DNA of 64,000 nucleotides from Felis catus. Lineage: Eukaryota. The position numbers were made by a program, and so were the translations under genes. A model generated the notes under the pieces. It searched no databases. It had not been told where the DNA came from and saw only the letters and a list, made by a program, of their open reading frames with translations. The stretch lies in NCBI RefSeq assembly GCF_018350175.1, contig NC_058374.1, forward strand, positions 41,850,001 to 41,914,000. Direction: 5' to 3'. Each line of letters opens with the position of its first letter. Position 1 is the stretch's first letter. Below, piece after piece: positions 24,993 to 39,526 of this stretch.

Positions 24993-25952
24993 GTGAGTAA
25001 GAGTCCTGCCCCCCACCCCCACCCCTGCCCCCAGTCCTGAGCCAAAGAGTTATATCCCTTCACAAAGGGCCTATTTGAAGGGAATTTGCATTCAGACAGC
25101 CTATGTCCACACAGTTGTTCTGCCTTCCCACCCCCACCCTGTCCCTCCAAGGTATCTAAACTCTACTGCCTGTAGCCTTTCAGCCTGAATATTATTCTTA
25201 GTTTTCTGTTTTGTTTCTGTTTTTCATTCAACACTTTTTGCCTTTTGGGTCAAAATAGCAACTGGGATGCCATTCTTTTGTTTAACAATCACCCTCCCCG
25301 CTAGAGAAAGTCCCACACCAACAGCCTCAGCTTTCAGATCTGAGAACAAGACTGTCTCTTCTGGTGAAGTGCTAGGCTTCTGTTTGCTAGAAATATCTCT
25401 GCAGGTTCAGTTTTTTAAATACCCTCTCCCACCTGTCTACCTTCTCCCAATTATTATTTGATTCTCTTGTTGTTTCATGGTTTTACATAAATCACATGTC
25501 TCTCTGTCGTGAGATGCTCTTTGGAAGGAGGTGGAGTATAAATGATGCACAGTAACTCCAGATCCCTCCCACACCACATACTCCCGTTTTGTCAGGCTTA
25601 TCTGGACCAAGGTCTGTGTGCTGTCCTGAGCTGTGGCCAGAGGAGTGACACCCAGGCAGATGTCACTTTCTTCTTCTGTGGCGTGGGAGGAATAAGGTCG
25701 AAGGAGAATATAAATCTTCTATTTTATTTCTGGCTATTCTTCTCAGGATGTTATTTTTCAGGTGGCAGTGCTTTTACTTATTTTGCTTTAGAACCAGCCT
25801 TTTAGAGGAAATCATTCAGGAATAGGAGCGGAGAGTAGGTAGGGGAGCCTGGGCAGGAGGGGAAAGGAGGGAAAAATCTTGGAAGCCCTTGTCTGTTTGC
25901 AGAACTGCACAGATCCCAGCCCAACCAACCACCCCCCCGCCCCTGGCCCCAG

Positions 25953-26155
25953 TGTATCCCATATGCAGTGTTGCTGGAGGCCCTCGCCCTGCGCAATGTG
26001 CGGCAGCTGGAAGACCTTGTCATTGAAGCTGTGTATGCCGACGTTCTCCGCGGCTCCCTGGACCAGCGCAATCAGCGGCTAGAGGTTGACTACAGCATCG
26101 GGCGGGACATCCAGCGCCAGGACCTCAGTGCCATTGCTCGGACCCTGCAGGAGTG
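25953..26155 (+). CDS. COPS7A: COPS7A coding exon 4 (PCI domain)
   Basis: [67 protein letters not shown](W); AG/GTGAG boundaries. Confidence 0.97.
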
Positions 26156-26765
26156 GTGAGACCCGTGTCCTGGCCCTGTTCCTTCTCTTCTCACTCCAAG
26201 AAAGGGGGAGGGCTTCTGAAGGAGGGAGGGCTGAGCTGGGCTGGGCTGCAGCGGTGGAATCCCAGACGTTGAAGGGAAATGAGCTCATTCCTCCAAAGGC
26301 TTCTGAGGGCAGAAGGGAGCAGAGGAGGGCCTGGGAGGCAGGAGGCCAGAGGCAGTGTCCTTGGTACAGTAAGTGGGGGAAGGGAGGAGGAGCGGTACTG
26401 TAACCTGCACTGTCTACAGGCCATGGGTCTTTTCCACTTCCGTTTTTCTCTTTCTGTTCTTGTCTAGCTTAAATTCATTAATATACCTTTTTTATTTTAT
26501 TTTTTTTCTCCAACGTCTACCCAGTTTTGTTTTTAGTTCCTACTCGCATGTTACACGTTACTCCAGGCACTTCCTATACCTCTCGTATCTGACCTGAGTG
26601 TCTCTGTGGCTCCTGGGACTCTTGTTGCCGGTGGTTTCCAGGTGCCCTGGCGAGGGTTCCTTACTCGGACAAGGGTTTGGCTGCAGGATATCCTGAGTCT
26701 GTTTTTCATGAGTGCGTGATCACCGCTGCCTTCCACTGACACTTCTTCGTTCCTGATCCTCGCAG

Positions 26766-26871
26766 GTGTGTGGGCTGTGAGGTGGTGCTGTCAGGCATTG
26801 AGGAGCAGGTGAGCCGTGCCAACCAACACAAGGAGCAGCAGCTAGGCCTGAAGCAACAGATCGAGAGCGAG
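26766..26871 (+). CDS. COPS7A: COPS7A coding exon 5
   Basis: [35 protein letters not shown]; AG/GTGAG boundaries. Confidence 0.96.
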
Positions 26872-27035
26872 GTGAGCAGGCAGGGGATCAGGACGGACCC
26901 AGGCTCCTCCAGCCTGGGCCAGTCGTCCTGTGCAGGGGGGTTTGCACCGTGGCTATAGCAGATAGACAAGACAGGCAGGGACTGTCAGATTCTGGAACTT
27001 CCCTCACTATCCCCCATTTCTTTTCATGCTGGCAG

Positions 27036-27187
27036 GTCGCCAACCTTAAAAAAACCATTAAAGTTACAACAGCAGCAGCCGCCGCGGCTACCTCTCAGGA
27101 CCCTGAGCAACACCTGACTGAGCTGCGGGAACCTGCTCCTGGCACCAACCAGCGCCAGCCCAGCAAGAAAGCCTCAAAGGGCAAGGG
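27036..27187 (+). CDS. COPS7A: COPS7A coding exon 6
   Basis: [50 protein letters not shown](G); AG/GTGAG boundaries. Confidence 0.96.
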
Positions 27188-27356
27188 GTGAGCCACTGTG
27201 GCAGGAACCACTTGCTTCTGGGGTGCCCTGCTTTTACTTTAGAGACCTAGCTGTCTTCAGCCCTTCAGTCATTTGCATGGGGGTAGGATATGGGGGGAGC
27301 CCTCAGGCGTTAGGGGATTCCCTGCAGCCTTTCTCTCTCTCTCTTCCCCTTGACAG

Positions 27357-27396
27357 GCTCCGAGGGAGCGCCAAGATTTGGTCCAAGTCGAACTGA
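27357..27396 (+). CDS. COPS7A: COPS7A last coding exon (LRGSAKIWSKSN-stop)
   Basis: The exon lengths sum to 828 nt, which is 275 aa plus TGA. Confidence 0.95.
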
Positions 27397-28218
27397 AAGG
27401 ACTGTCATTTCTTCCCTGGGGATGTGGGGTCCCAGCTTCCTGCCTGTCCCTTAGGAGTCCTCAGAGAGCCTTCCTGTGCCCCTGGCCAGCTGATAATCCT
27501 AGGTTCATGACCCTTAACCTCCCTCTCCTCTCCGTGACCCCCAAGCATATATCACACCTTCTCTAGGGAGGAGGCAAGTACAAGTCATGATTTTGTTGGT
27601 ACTTTTGCTTTATGTGGCTTTCTTATGTGTCTCATTGTCTCCCTCCACCTCCCTGCTGTACTCTCCCCCTATTTCTTTAAGGGGGGGGGGGGGCAGCAAC
27701 ATCTCTCCCTGTTTGTTATATATCATTGAGTAGGTGGGGCTGCTTCTCCAGCATAACCCACATGTGTTTCTTCTCGTACCTCTCCACCCCTGCATGCTTA
27801 ATGCCCAGTTTGTACTCCTTACCCCCAGCCTATTTGGGCAGCATCTGAAGAGCCATAGGGCTCCCACCTTTATTCCCACCCGGAGAATTCTGGGAGCCAG
27901 TCTGCCATTCTAGGAGTCACTGGACACTTTCATCCTAGAATCCTGTCACACTACAGTTTTTTCCTTTCCTCTCTCCTCCGCTTGGGTCCTGGGAATGCTG
28001 CTGCTTCAATGACCCCAGAGCCTAAGAAGGGCAGCTGTCTCTTGAGATCTTGAGAGATGGTTCTTTCTTAGCCCTGGCTATCTTGGAAAGCCTGATGGCA
28101 ATCCTGGAAGGATTTATACTTCCTTTTGTGAGTTTGGTGGGGAAGGGAAGGGGATATAGATTGTATAAAAAAAAAAAAAAAGTATATATACATATATCTA
28201 TATATAACATGAAACAGA

Positions 28219-28224
28219 AATAAA
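28219..28224 (+). terminator. COPS7A polyadenylation signal AATAAA
   Basis: First AATAAA about 820 nt after the stop codon, followed by GU-rich sequence. Confidence 0.8.
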
Positions 28225-28951
28225 TCTATGAGAAGTCTATCTACAAACATGCCCTGAAATGGGTATCTTCTGTCTTTGGTATTCATGGTTGGGAAGAAGG
28301 TTCATTGTCAGTCCCCTCTAAAGCAAAGTACTGGCAGAAGAAGAGAACCAGATACTATGTGCTGAGTCCTGGCCTAGGAGCCGAGAGTCCTAGATCTTGA
28401 GTTGTATGACGGGACAAATTGCTCAGTAACCCAGCACTCAGTCAGGAGCAGTTGGATACTTAGCACCAACATGTGATAAGTGCTGGAGATGCAAAATGAC
28501 GGTCACCGCCCCTTCTTTCAAGGAGCTTGAGTTCAGCCTGTTGCCTTCCTTCTTATAGACTTATACAGGGGGGAGTTGATAATAACCTTCAGGTTTTGCA
28601 TCAGAACCACACAGAACTCTGAGATCTTAGTAAGAAGCAGCAGGCTCCTGTCTGCTGTCCAAGGCAGAACTTGCTGTGCTGGGAGGATTGGTCTCCTCCG
28701 TCTAGTGTAGTGCTGTGCACTCTTTAGAATTGGGAACTCTGGTGTAAGGGACAATTCCCCTCCTCCCACTTGCACGCGAAGCAATTGCCTCCTGAGGGTC
28801 CCACTGTTGACTGAGCTGCTTTCCAGAGGTTGTGTTATTCTCTAGGCGGAGATTTAGGATAGACCACTCTTCACTGGTGCTAAAGGTCTCAGTCATAGAA
28901 TTAGAAAGTGGAGTGAGATCCTGAGGTTTTGATTAAAAGTGGACTGGGTGA

Positions 28952-29165
28952 GGGGGCGCCTGGGTGGCTCAATCAGTTAATCATCTGACTTTGGTTCAGG
29001 TCATGATCTCATCATGGCTTGTGAGTTCAAGTCCCGTGTTGGGCTCTGTACTGACAGCCCAGAGCCTGGAGCCTGCTTCAGTTTCTGTCTTCCTCTCTCT
29101 CTGCCCCTCCCCCTCTTGCACGTGCTCTCTCTCTCTCTCAAAAATAAATGAGCATTTAAAAAAGA
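28952..29165 (+). mobile_element. Can-SINE
   Basis: Head ggggcgcctgggtggctc, (CT)n tract and A tail. Confidence 0.85.
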
Positions 29166-29979
29166 ATTTTTTTTTTTAAATAAATTCCTTCTTCCTCCCA
29201 CACCCTCCAATGTGTGGAAGTTGCTAATTCATGGCACTTTGAACCTGTCCCCCCTGCCTCTGCCCCTGCCCCAACTTTTCACTTGAACTTAGTATCTTGG
29301 GGTTTTTTGTAAGCTACTTCCAGCAAATGGCTCTATTACTTCCCTGACCTCTCTTAGTGCCAGCCTTCAGTGGATGGCTCCAAAGTCTACTGTGGGCTGA
29401 GCTGGGACTCCTTGCTTAACACCCAAAGCAGGAGGGGAACCATTCACATTCACAAGGACATGCAAATGAAGTTTGTGTTTGACTTACAAAGACAGGGCCC
29501 TTGGCTACCAAAGCATGAAGATGGGGCAGCAGATTATTTGGGGGCTCAGTTTTTGACCATGAAGTTTGGTTCAGGATTTAAGGATCCTATGTATATAATC
29601 AAGCACAAGGCACCAGGAAAATTTCCAACCAAGACTCTTACCACCACTGGCATACTCTCATACTGATCCCTAATGTACAGCAGTCTTAGGTAATCTTTAG
29701 GGCTGGCCCACTATGGTAAAAGGAGGAAGAAGACTTGCTTTTATGAGAATTCAGAGTTCATGCATATGAAAAGGTGACACTTAAAAAATTAAGCCAAAGT
29801 GTCTGACGCTAAAAACAGAAATTGGACTAGTGTACATCTTTATGCACAAGAAGAGCAAAGACAACGTCTATAGTCAGTATTCATGAAATCCTGTTGAAGA
29901 AAGATTAGAAATTCTCCATTTAGATGTGTCTTCCAACATGTTTGGGAGCTTAGAGGGGCAGTCTAGGCAGTGTATCTAA

Positions 29980-30429
29980 CATTGTGTAACAAATTAAAGT
30001 TTAGTGGCTTAAAACAATGCACATTTTTTAAATCTCAGTTTCCTGTTTCTGTGATTCAGGAATCTGGGCACACTATTTCCTGCCTTAGGGTCCTTCATAA
30101 GGCTGTAATCAAAGTGTTAGGTGGTGCCATATCACCTCAAAGTTCCAATGGGAAGGACCTGCTTCCAGCCACACTCTTGATTATCAGCAGGATTTACTAC
30201 CACCTAGGTGGCCAGACTGAGGACCTCCTTTCCGGTCTGTTGGTCAGAGGCACCCCAGATAGCCCTCTCCATCAGAGCAAGAGCCAGAGAGACCACATCA
30301 GGAAAGCAGAATCAGTCTTGTAACTTAATCACAGAAGAGGTATCTCATTACTTCTAGTCACCAGGTCCAGTCTAGTGACCGTCAGAAGTCAGGGATCATT
30401 GGAAGCCATATTGGAATTTTCCTACTACA
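29980..30429 (-). mobile_element. MaLR LTR (MLT1-type)
   Basis: ttagtggcttaaaacaa...caggaatctgggcac motifs. The reverse complement starts TGTAGTAGG like MLT1 LTRs. Confidence 0.65.
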
Positions 30430-30430
30430 G

Positions 30431-30560
30431 GCAATGTTTCTGTGGGTCACCAGCATCAGAAACATCAGGGGAGTTCTTGAAAATGCATATTCCTGGAGCC
30501 TCCTCCCACTTCAGTTCCTACTGAATTCGAATCTCCAGGATGTGGACTGGAAATATCCCT
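30431..30560. mobile_element. MER5-like hAT DNA transposon remnant
   Basis: ccagcatcag...aaaatgcatattcctgg...tactgaat..gaatctc motif. Confidence 0.55.
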
Positions 30561-31145
30561 TCACTGCCCTCTTTGACTCCACTCTGAGCTGTGAAGTCCC
30601 GTTTATATAAGCAGATTTACCCAGATCAGTGCCAAATTGGATCAGCTGAAAAGGTTTTTACTGCAGGGCCTTGGAGAACAGGTAAGTAGGCCCAAGGTCA
30701 CCATCTGGAAGAGAAGGATGTGCAAAGGTGAAACTTCAAGTACAGGACAAGAGAGAAGACTTGACTCGTCCTTTGAAGTTCTTAAGTATATGATGATATA
30801 ATTAAAAGTGTGATAAGTGCTAAGAAGTATAGAGTGACATGAAAGCATTTAACATAGGGATCTACGCCTAACCTGGGGTCAGGAAAGCCTTCAAGGATGT
30901 GATCTTTCCACTGAAACTAGAAGCCCATGTGGCAGTTAGCTTGACAAAGGGAGGGAGGATAGTGGGATGAAGACCTGGAGGCAGAAAGGTTCCATCCTGT
31001 GACCTACTGCCTCTCCCCAATTAAATAATTTGGGAAATGGGGCAGGGAATATAATTCTATTCTTTTACTTAAATGTTCATTTGTCTATTCAATGAATTGG
31101 CAAATATATCTTGGCTGAAAAATCTGAAATAGAATAAACCACAGT

Positions 31146-31350
31146 GGGGGCACCTGCGTGGCTCACTCGGTTAAGCGTCTGACTTCAGCCTAGGTCATGA
31201 TCTCACCATTCCTGAGTTCGAGCCCTGCATCGGGCTCTGTGCTGACAGCTCAGAGCCTGGAGCCTGTTTGAGATTCTGTGTCTCCCTTTCTCTCTCTACC
31301 CCTCCTTCACTCACACTCTGTCTCTCTCAAAAACAGACATTAAAAAAAAT
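31146..31350 (+). mobile_element. Can-SINE
   Basis: Canonical structure with an agaataaacc flanking duplication. Confidence 0.85.
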
Positions 31351-31469
31351 TTAGAATAAACCGCGATGTGTATGTTATACCTCTTGGCTTTGGGGTTTGG
31401 GGTGATTTTTGTTTTTCTGCCTGTCTCTGTTTTCCAATCTTTTTATGATATTTGCTAATAATTATAAAG

Positions 31470-31640
31470 ACATACTTATTAAGTGCTTAGTCAAGCACTA
31501 TTCTAAATGCTTTATGTATATAAACTCATTTAATCTACACAACCTACTGAGGTTTGTGCCATTATTATCCTCTTCTAAAGATGACAAAAGAGGTACAGGG
31601 AGGTTATGTAATTTGCTCGAGATTACACACATCATAAGTG
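31470..31640 (-). mobile_element. MIR fragment
   Basis: cttattaagtgctta...ctcatttaatctacacaac...ccattattatcc. Confidence 0.6.
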
Positions 31641-33768
31641 GAGAAGGCACACCCCCTGCCCATCACTCCCATGTTCCGGGACAGAACGCATGGGACAGCT
31701 ATCTGAGATTTCAGGGAAGTAAATGGTAGGGAGGAAGGAACCAGAATTTGAAGTTCCATGAAAACAGTGGTGGGCTTACCATCCCCTCCCCCTAACTCCA
31801 TTATCACCCAGAATGCACTAAAAGGCCTCCCCAAACCTGGAAGTGTACATCAGGTATGAACTGAAAGAGTTCCTCTTGGAGCCCTCTGTTGCAGGTCTGA
31901 GGAGCAGGAAAGGGACTTCTAAGGGTCCGAGACGGGGAAATCCGTTGCTTTTCTTTTTCCCTTCTCTTCCCCCGTTAGCCCCAGGCAGTACCACGGTGGT
32001 GTAGTTATAGTAGCACAGTGACAGCAACAGTGACTGCGCAAGCACTGAAAACTGAGGGAGAACTCCTTTGACCACAGAAGCTGTGGTCCCAAGAGTGTGA
32101 ATCAAATCCCTCTGCTTTTTTCTTTCTTTGTTCTCTTGATGCTTAGCCCAGACATATAGTGGGAAATGCTCAGCAAAGTAGAGAAGTTAAAGCCCCAGTT
32201 TTTTTGGGGCAAAGGATTGGGAAAAGAAGAATGAGAGAATCAGAGTGTCAGATCACAGAGAGGAGGGAAATCGAGAGTCCCATAGAGTTGTGTGTGAACT
32301 CTTGGGCTCACCTCAAAGCTGCACAAGCATGGATCTGACCTTCAACATCTTACCAAAGCTTTATGAAACGAGCTACAGGGTGGACCACTGTCTAGGTCTG
32401 ACTGACCACTGGGTGGCACACATAAAGGACTGATCTAGATAGCACCACAAAGTTAAACTGACATCAGAACCACAATACAAAGAAGGAAGGTGGCTGCTTG
32501 AACCAAACCTGGTCGATAGACTGCTAAAATAAAAAACACTCTCACTAGGATTTTAATAGGATCCAGGGGCTCAAAACGATATTCAAAATATCCAGGATAC
32601 AACATAAAATTACTCAGCCTACAAAGTACTCTCCAGGGAAAAGACAACCAACCCCAAGATGACAGAAATGTTGGAATTTAAAGCAAAGACTTCAAAGCAG
32701 TTAGTATAACTATACTGGAAGAAGAAAGGGAGAATGCTTTTGAAATAAATGGAAAGATAGAAAGTTTTAGCAAAGAAATAGCAGACATAAGGAAGAACCA
32801 AGTGGAACTTTTAGAACTGAAAAATAGGAGTAACCAAAATAAAATATTCACTGGAGAGCAGAATGGAGATGACTTTGAAGATAATCAATATAAATTATGC
32901 AACCAAAACAACAAACAAAACCCGGTTTAAAAAAAAACAAAAACAAAAACACAGAACCTCAGAGACCTGCGGGATAAGACCAAATACCTAGTATTTGTGT
33001 CAACAGAGTCCCAGAAGGTGAGGAGAAAAAATATGATTTAGAAAAATGATTGAAAGAATTCATGGCTAAAATGTTTGGTCCCAAATTTGGCAGAAACACA
33101 CAGATTCAAGAAGCTTGGTGAACGGCAAACAGAATATACTCAAAGAAACCTATGACCGGACATAATAATCAAATTGCTGAAAATCAAAGATATAGAAAAA
33201 TATCCAAAGAACATCTAGAAAAAAGAATCCATTTCCTATAAGGAATCAATGACTCAGATAACTGCAGATTTCTCATCAGAAACTATGGAATCCAGAGGGA
33301 GCTGGAACAACACTTAAAGTGCTGGAAGAAAAGTGTCAAGTCAGAATTCTATATCCAATGAAAATGTCAATCAGCAGTTATATAAAATAAAGACATTCTT
33401 AGGTGGAGGAAAGCATAAGGATTTGTCACTAGCAGAGCTGCTGTACAAGAAATGCTAAAGAAAGTTCTTCAAACAGAAGAAAAATGATAATAGGAAATGG
33501 GGGACATCAAGAAGGAGGAGCAACAGAAATGGTAAATATAGAGTGTTCTTTTAAGTTCTTTAACATGTCTATAATGGTTGAAAGTAAAAATTATGAAACT
33601 GGTGGGGTTTTCAGGATTTGTAGATGTAATACACAAGACAATTGCAACATAAAGGAGAGACAATAAAGGGACGGACCTACACAGTGGTAAAGCCTACATT
33701 TAATTTGAAGTGGTGAAGGACAAAATCTAAGTGGACTATGATAAGTGTGTATTTTATAAGCCTTAGAG

Positions 33769-34656
33769 CAAGGGTTAGGAAGCCATATTCCACAGGCTTG
33801 TTTTGTAAATAAAATGTTATTGGAACATAGTTACAGCTTACTCATTTACATATTGTCTCTGGCTGCTTTCACACTATAGCACCAGATGTTTTGTTTTGTT
33901 TTAATTCCAAGATAGATAACATATAGTGTTATATTAGTTTCAGGTGTACAATATAGTGATTCAATAATTCCATACGTTACCTAGTACTCATCATGACAAA
34001 TGTCCTCCTTAATCCTCATCACCTATTTCATCCATTCCCTAACCCACCTCCCCTCTGGTAACCATCAGTTTGTTCTCACTAGTTGAGAGTCTGTTTTTTG
34101 GCTTCTCTCTCTGTCTCTCTCTCTGTCTCTCTTCTCTTTGCTCATTTGTTTCTTAAATTCCATATATGAGTTAAATTATATGGTATTTGTCTTTCTCTAA
34201 CTTATTTTGCTTAGCCTAATATTCTCTAGCTCCATGTCATTGCAAATGGAAATATTTCATTCTTTTTATAACTGATTAATATTCCGTTGTGTATACATAC
34301 AACATCTTTACCCATTCATCAGTCAGTGGACTCTTTGGGCTGCTTCCATATCTTGGCTATTATAAATAATGCTACTCTAAACATAGGGCATCCTGAGGAG
34401 TGTCTATATCTCTTTGGGTGTGTGTATCCCTTTGAATTAGTATTCTCATATTTTGTGGGTGTATACCCAGTAGTGCAATTACTGGCTCATAGGGTAGTTC
34501 TATTTTTAACTCCTTGAGGAATCTCCATACTGTTTTCCACAGTGCCTGCACCAGCGTATGGCACCAGAGTTGAGTGTTGCAAGAGACATTGTGTGACCTG
34601 CGAAGGCCAACATGTTTGTTATCTGGCCCTTTACAGATAACAGCTTGCCATTCCTG
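33769..34656. mobile_element. MER58-like hAT transposon split by an antisense carnivore L1 3' fragment (33887-34556)
   Basis: MER58 motifs (tttgtaaataaaatgttattggaaca; tatctggccctttacag). Flanks ccttagag / ccctagaa. Confidence 0.7.
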
Positions 34657-35858
34657 CCCTAGAACAACCACTTAAAAAACAAAAACAAACAAACAAACAA
34701 AAACTAAAAGAAAAATTTAGTGAAAACAGGTTAAAGAGAAATACTAAATAATATCCAAATAAACCAAAAGAAGGCTGGAAAGTGGAGATAGCTGAATTAT
34801 CAATGGAGGAGCAAACAGAAATAATAAAGTTATAGAAGTAAATCCAAACATATTAATACTTACATAAATGTAAATAGCCTAAATATATCAATTAAAAGAT
34901 TATCTAAATGGGTTTTTAAAAACCACAAAAGATCTGACTATATTCTGCCTTCAAAAAACCCATTTTAGGTATAAAATAGGTGGGTTAAAGGTAAAAGAAT
35001 GGGAAGACTTACACCATGAAAATATTAATCAAAAGAAACCTGAAGTAGCTATAGTAATATCAGGCCAATTAACTTCAGAAGAAAGAAAATTACTAGGGAT
35101 AAAGAACATTACATAATGAAGAAAAGTTTGATTTTCCAAGAAGACATAATTCTAAATGACTCTGTGTCTAACTGCAGAGCTTCAACATACATGAAGCAAA
35201 AACTGATAGATATCAAAGGAAAAAATGGGCAGATCCACAATTATAGTTAAAAATGTCAAAACTCCTCTCCCAGTAACCAACAGAACAAATAAAATTAGCA
35301 GATGTAACAAAGTATATAGAACTGAATGATGCCATCAACCAACAGGATCTAACTTAAATTTATAGAACATGTCCCCAACACAGCAGAATCACAACTTCTT
35401 TTCAAGGGTACATGGCACATTTACCAAGATAGATTATGTCCTGAGTCATAAAACAAATCTCAACAAATTTAAAAGAAGTCCGATAAAGTATGCTCTCTGA
35501 CCATTATGGAATTAAAATTAGAACTCAAGAACAGAAAACAGGGAAATCTCCAAACACATGGAAACTGAACAACATGCTCTTAAATAACCCATGGATCAAA
35601 AAGGATGTCCCAAGAGAAATTAGAAAATATTGTGAACTTAACAAAAAAGAAAATACACAGTAGCAAAATATGTGGGATGTGGTTAAAGGCAATGATTATA
35701 GCATATAGAAGAAAAATTATAGCATCAAAATCTTAGAAAAGAAGAAAGGTCTCAAGTCAACAATCTATACTTCTACCTTGAGAAGGTACATGAACAGCAA
35801 AATAAACACAAAGCAAGCAGAAGGAAAACATAATAAGAGTATCAATTAGTGAAATTGA

Positions 35859-36085
35859 GGGGAACCTGGCTAACTCAGTCAGTAGAGTGTGCAACTTTTA
35901 ATCTCAGGGTTGTGAGATCAAATCCCATATCGAGTGTGGAGATTACTTAAGAATAAAAAATCTTGGTGCACCTGGGTTGCTCAGTTGGTTGATTGTCCAA
36001 CTCTTGATTTCAGCTCAGGTCATGATCTCACTGTTGTGAGATTGGTCCTATGTCAGGCTCTGTGCTGAGTGTGAAGCCTGCTGAG

Positions 36086-36130
<45 letters not shown>

Positions 36131-36448
36131 ATTAAAAATAATTTTAATTAAAATTAAAATAATTAAAAAATAAAAATAAATGTTAAAAAACTTAAAAAAA
36201 AGAAATTAATGAAATTGAAAACAGAAAAATAGAAAAAAATTAATGAAACCAGAGGTCAATTATTGGAAATGATCAATAAAATTGATAAACCTCTAGCCAT
36301 ACTGACCAAAAAAATTTTTTTTTAATTAAAAAAAAAGAGAGGAGCCTGGCTGACTCAGTCAGTAGGGCATGTGACTCTTGATCTTGGGGTTGTGAGTTTG
36401 AGCCCCATGTTGGGTGTAGAGATTACTTAAAAATAAAATCTTTTTTTT

Positions 36449-36493
<45 letters not shown>

Positions 36494-36860
36494 TGAGAGA
36501 GAGTGAGAAAGAGAGTGTGTGAGCAGGGAAGGGGCAGAGAGAGAGAGAGAGAGGGAGAAAGAATCCCAAGCAGGCTCCACACTGTCAGGTCAGAGCTCAA
36601 CGTGGGGCTCGAACTCACCAACTGTGAGATCATGACCTGAGCTGAAATCAAGAGTTGGACACTTATCAGACTGAGCCACCCAGGCACCCCAAAAATAAAA
36701 TTAAAAAATTAAAAAAGAGAAAAGACACAAAATACTAATATCAGGAATAAAAAAGGGGGGGCAATTGGCTGGCTCCGTCAGTAGAACATGTGACTCGACC
36801 TTGGGGGTTGTGAGTTCAAGCCCCATGTTGAGTGTAGAGATTACATTAAAAAAATCCTTA
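35859..36860. mobile_element. Cluster of five Can-SINEs inside L1 ORF2
   Basis: Heads at about 35859, 35965, 36340 and 36757 (+) and one antisense copy at 36453-36690. Confidence 0.75.
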
Positions 36861-37582
36861 AACTTAAAAATAAAAAGGAATAAAAGAGGGGATATCGCTA
36901 CAGTCCCCACAGACATTAAAATGTCATAAGGGAATACTACAAACAATCCTACACACATAAATTCAACAATTTAAACAAAATGGGCCAACTCCTTGAAAGC
37001 CACAAGCTATCAAAACTCATCCAAAAAGAAAGAGATGTAAATATGAAATGTACAGCTACAAAGCTTTTGAAAGATAACATAGGATAAAATCTTAGTTATC
37101 CAGAGTTAGGCAAAGTGTTCTTAGATATGACATCCAAAATTTGATATAAAAGAAAACAGTGGTAAGTTGGACTTCATCTCAATTACAACTTTTGCTTTGA
37201 AAAAGAAAATGTCAAGAGGAAGAAAAGACAAGCTACAGAATGGGAGAGAATTAGTTGTGAATCCCTATTTAACAAAGGACTTCTAACCAGAATATATAAA
37301 GAACTCTGATGTCAAATAAGCACGTGAAGAGATGCTCGACATCATTAGTCTTTAGGCAAGTACAAATTAAAACTTGTAATAGACAAGATGTCTATTAGAA
37401 TAAATAGAAGAATGCCTACACACTTAATAGAATGGGGTAAAATAAAATAGAAAATGACAATACTAAGTGCTGGCAAGGATGCACAGCAACCTGGGCTCTC
37501 TCACATTGCTGTTGAGAATGCTGAAAAATGCAAAATGCTGCAGAATGGTGCGGCCACCCTGGAAAAGTTTGGCATTTTCTTA

Positions 37583-38243
<661 letters not shown>

Positions 38244-38275
<32 letters not shown>
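38244..38275. repeat. (TA)16 microsatellite
   Basis: Counted directly. Confidence 0.9.
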
Positions 38276-38278
<3 letters not shown>

Positions 38279-38734
38279 TTACCATATGACCTCACAATCC
38301 CACTCCATTTCATTCCTAAAGAAATTAAACATGTTCACACAAAAACATGTACACAAATGTTTATGGCAGTTCTGTCCATTATTGCCCCAAACTGGAAACT
38401 GGAATGTCCTTGGACAGGTGAATGGATAAACAGACTATAAGCCCACAGAATACTACTCAGCAATAAAAAGGAGTAAACTATTAATACACGCAACAGCATG
38501 AGTGAATCTCAAAGGCATTATGCTGAAAGAAATGTATGATTTCATTATATGACATTCTGGAAATGGCAGAATTATAGCAGTGGGAAACAAATTGGTGGTT
38601 GTCAGGGTTAGGATTGGAGGAAGGGTGTGACCACAAAAGAGCAGCAGGACGGGGTTGGGGGTGATGGAACTTTTTTGATCCTGATTGTGGTGGTGCTTAC
38701 ACAGATCTGCATGTGTTAAAAGTCACAGAACTGT

Positions 38735-38769
38735 ACACACACACACACATACACACACACACACACACA
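38735..38769. repeat. (CA)n microsatellite, one interruption
   Basis: Read directly. Confidence 0.85.
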
Positions 38770-38808
38770 GACAGCAATTTTACTATATGTTAAAAGATAC
38801 AAGATTTA

Positions 38809-39526
38809 GGGCACCTGGGTGTCTTAGTCAGTTGGGCACCTGACTTGATTTCGGCTCAGGTCATGATCTCACAGTTTGGGTTTGGAGCCCCACATTAGGC
38901 TCTGCACTGATAGCATGGAGCCTGCATGATTCTCTCTCTCCCTCTCTCTCCACTCCTCCCACCTCTCTCTGTCTCTCAAAATAAATAAACTTAAAAAAAA
39001 ATACAAGATTTAAAAAAACAGGCATATAGGCTACTGGTATTCATCATTTTAAGCAATGTTATTATTTGAGTAATTTGTAAATGGTTTCTTCTTGCGGCGC
39101 CTGGGTGGCTCAGTGGGTTAGATGGCTGACTTCGACTCAGGTCATGATCTCACAACTTGAAGGCTCGTAGGTTCAAGGCCCGTGTCAGGCTCTGTCCTGG
39201 TAGCTCAGAGCCTGAAGCCTGCTTCCGATTCTGTGTCTCCCTCTCTCTCTCTGCCCCTCCCCTGCTCACACTCTGTCTGTCTGTCTCTCTCTCAAAAATA
39301 AATAAACACTAAAAATTTTTAAAAATTGTTTCTTTTAATGTTTATTTTTGAGACAGCATGTGCAAGCAGGGGAGGGGCAGAGAGAGAGAGAGGGAGAAAC
39401 AGAGGATCCGAAGCGGGCTCCATGCTGACAGAAGAGAGCCCGACGTGGGACTTGAACCTGTGAGCCACGAGATCATGACCTGAGCCAAAGTCTGATGCTT
39501 AACCGACTGAGCCACACAGGCGCCCC
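38809..39526. mobile_element. Three Can-SINEs (+ 38809-39001, + 39095-39320, - 39333-39526)
   Basis: Canonical heads and tails. Confidence 0.85.

Noticed and set aside
28166-28181. A16 run in the COPS7A 3' UTR as a possible transcript end or retro-insertion tail
   Set aside because: Genomic A-tract upstream of the AATAAA with no TSD; relevant only as an oligo-dT mispriming site.
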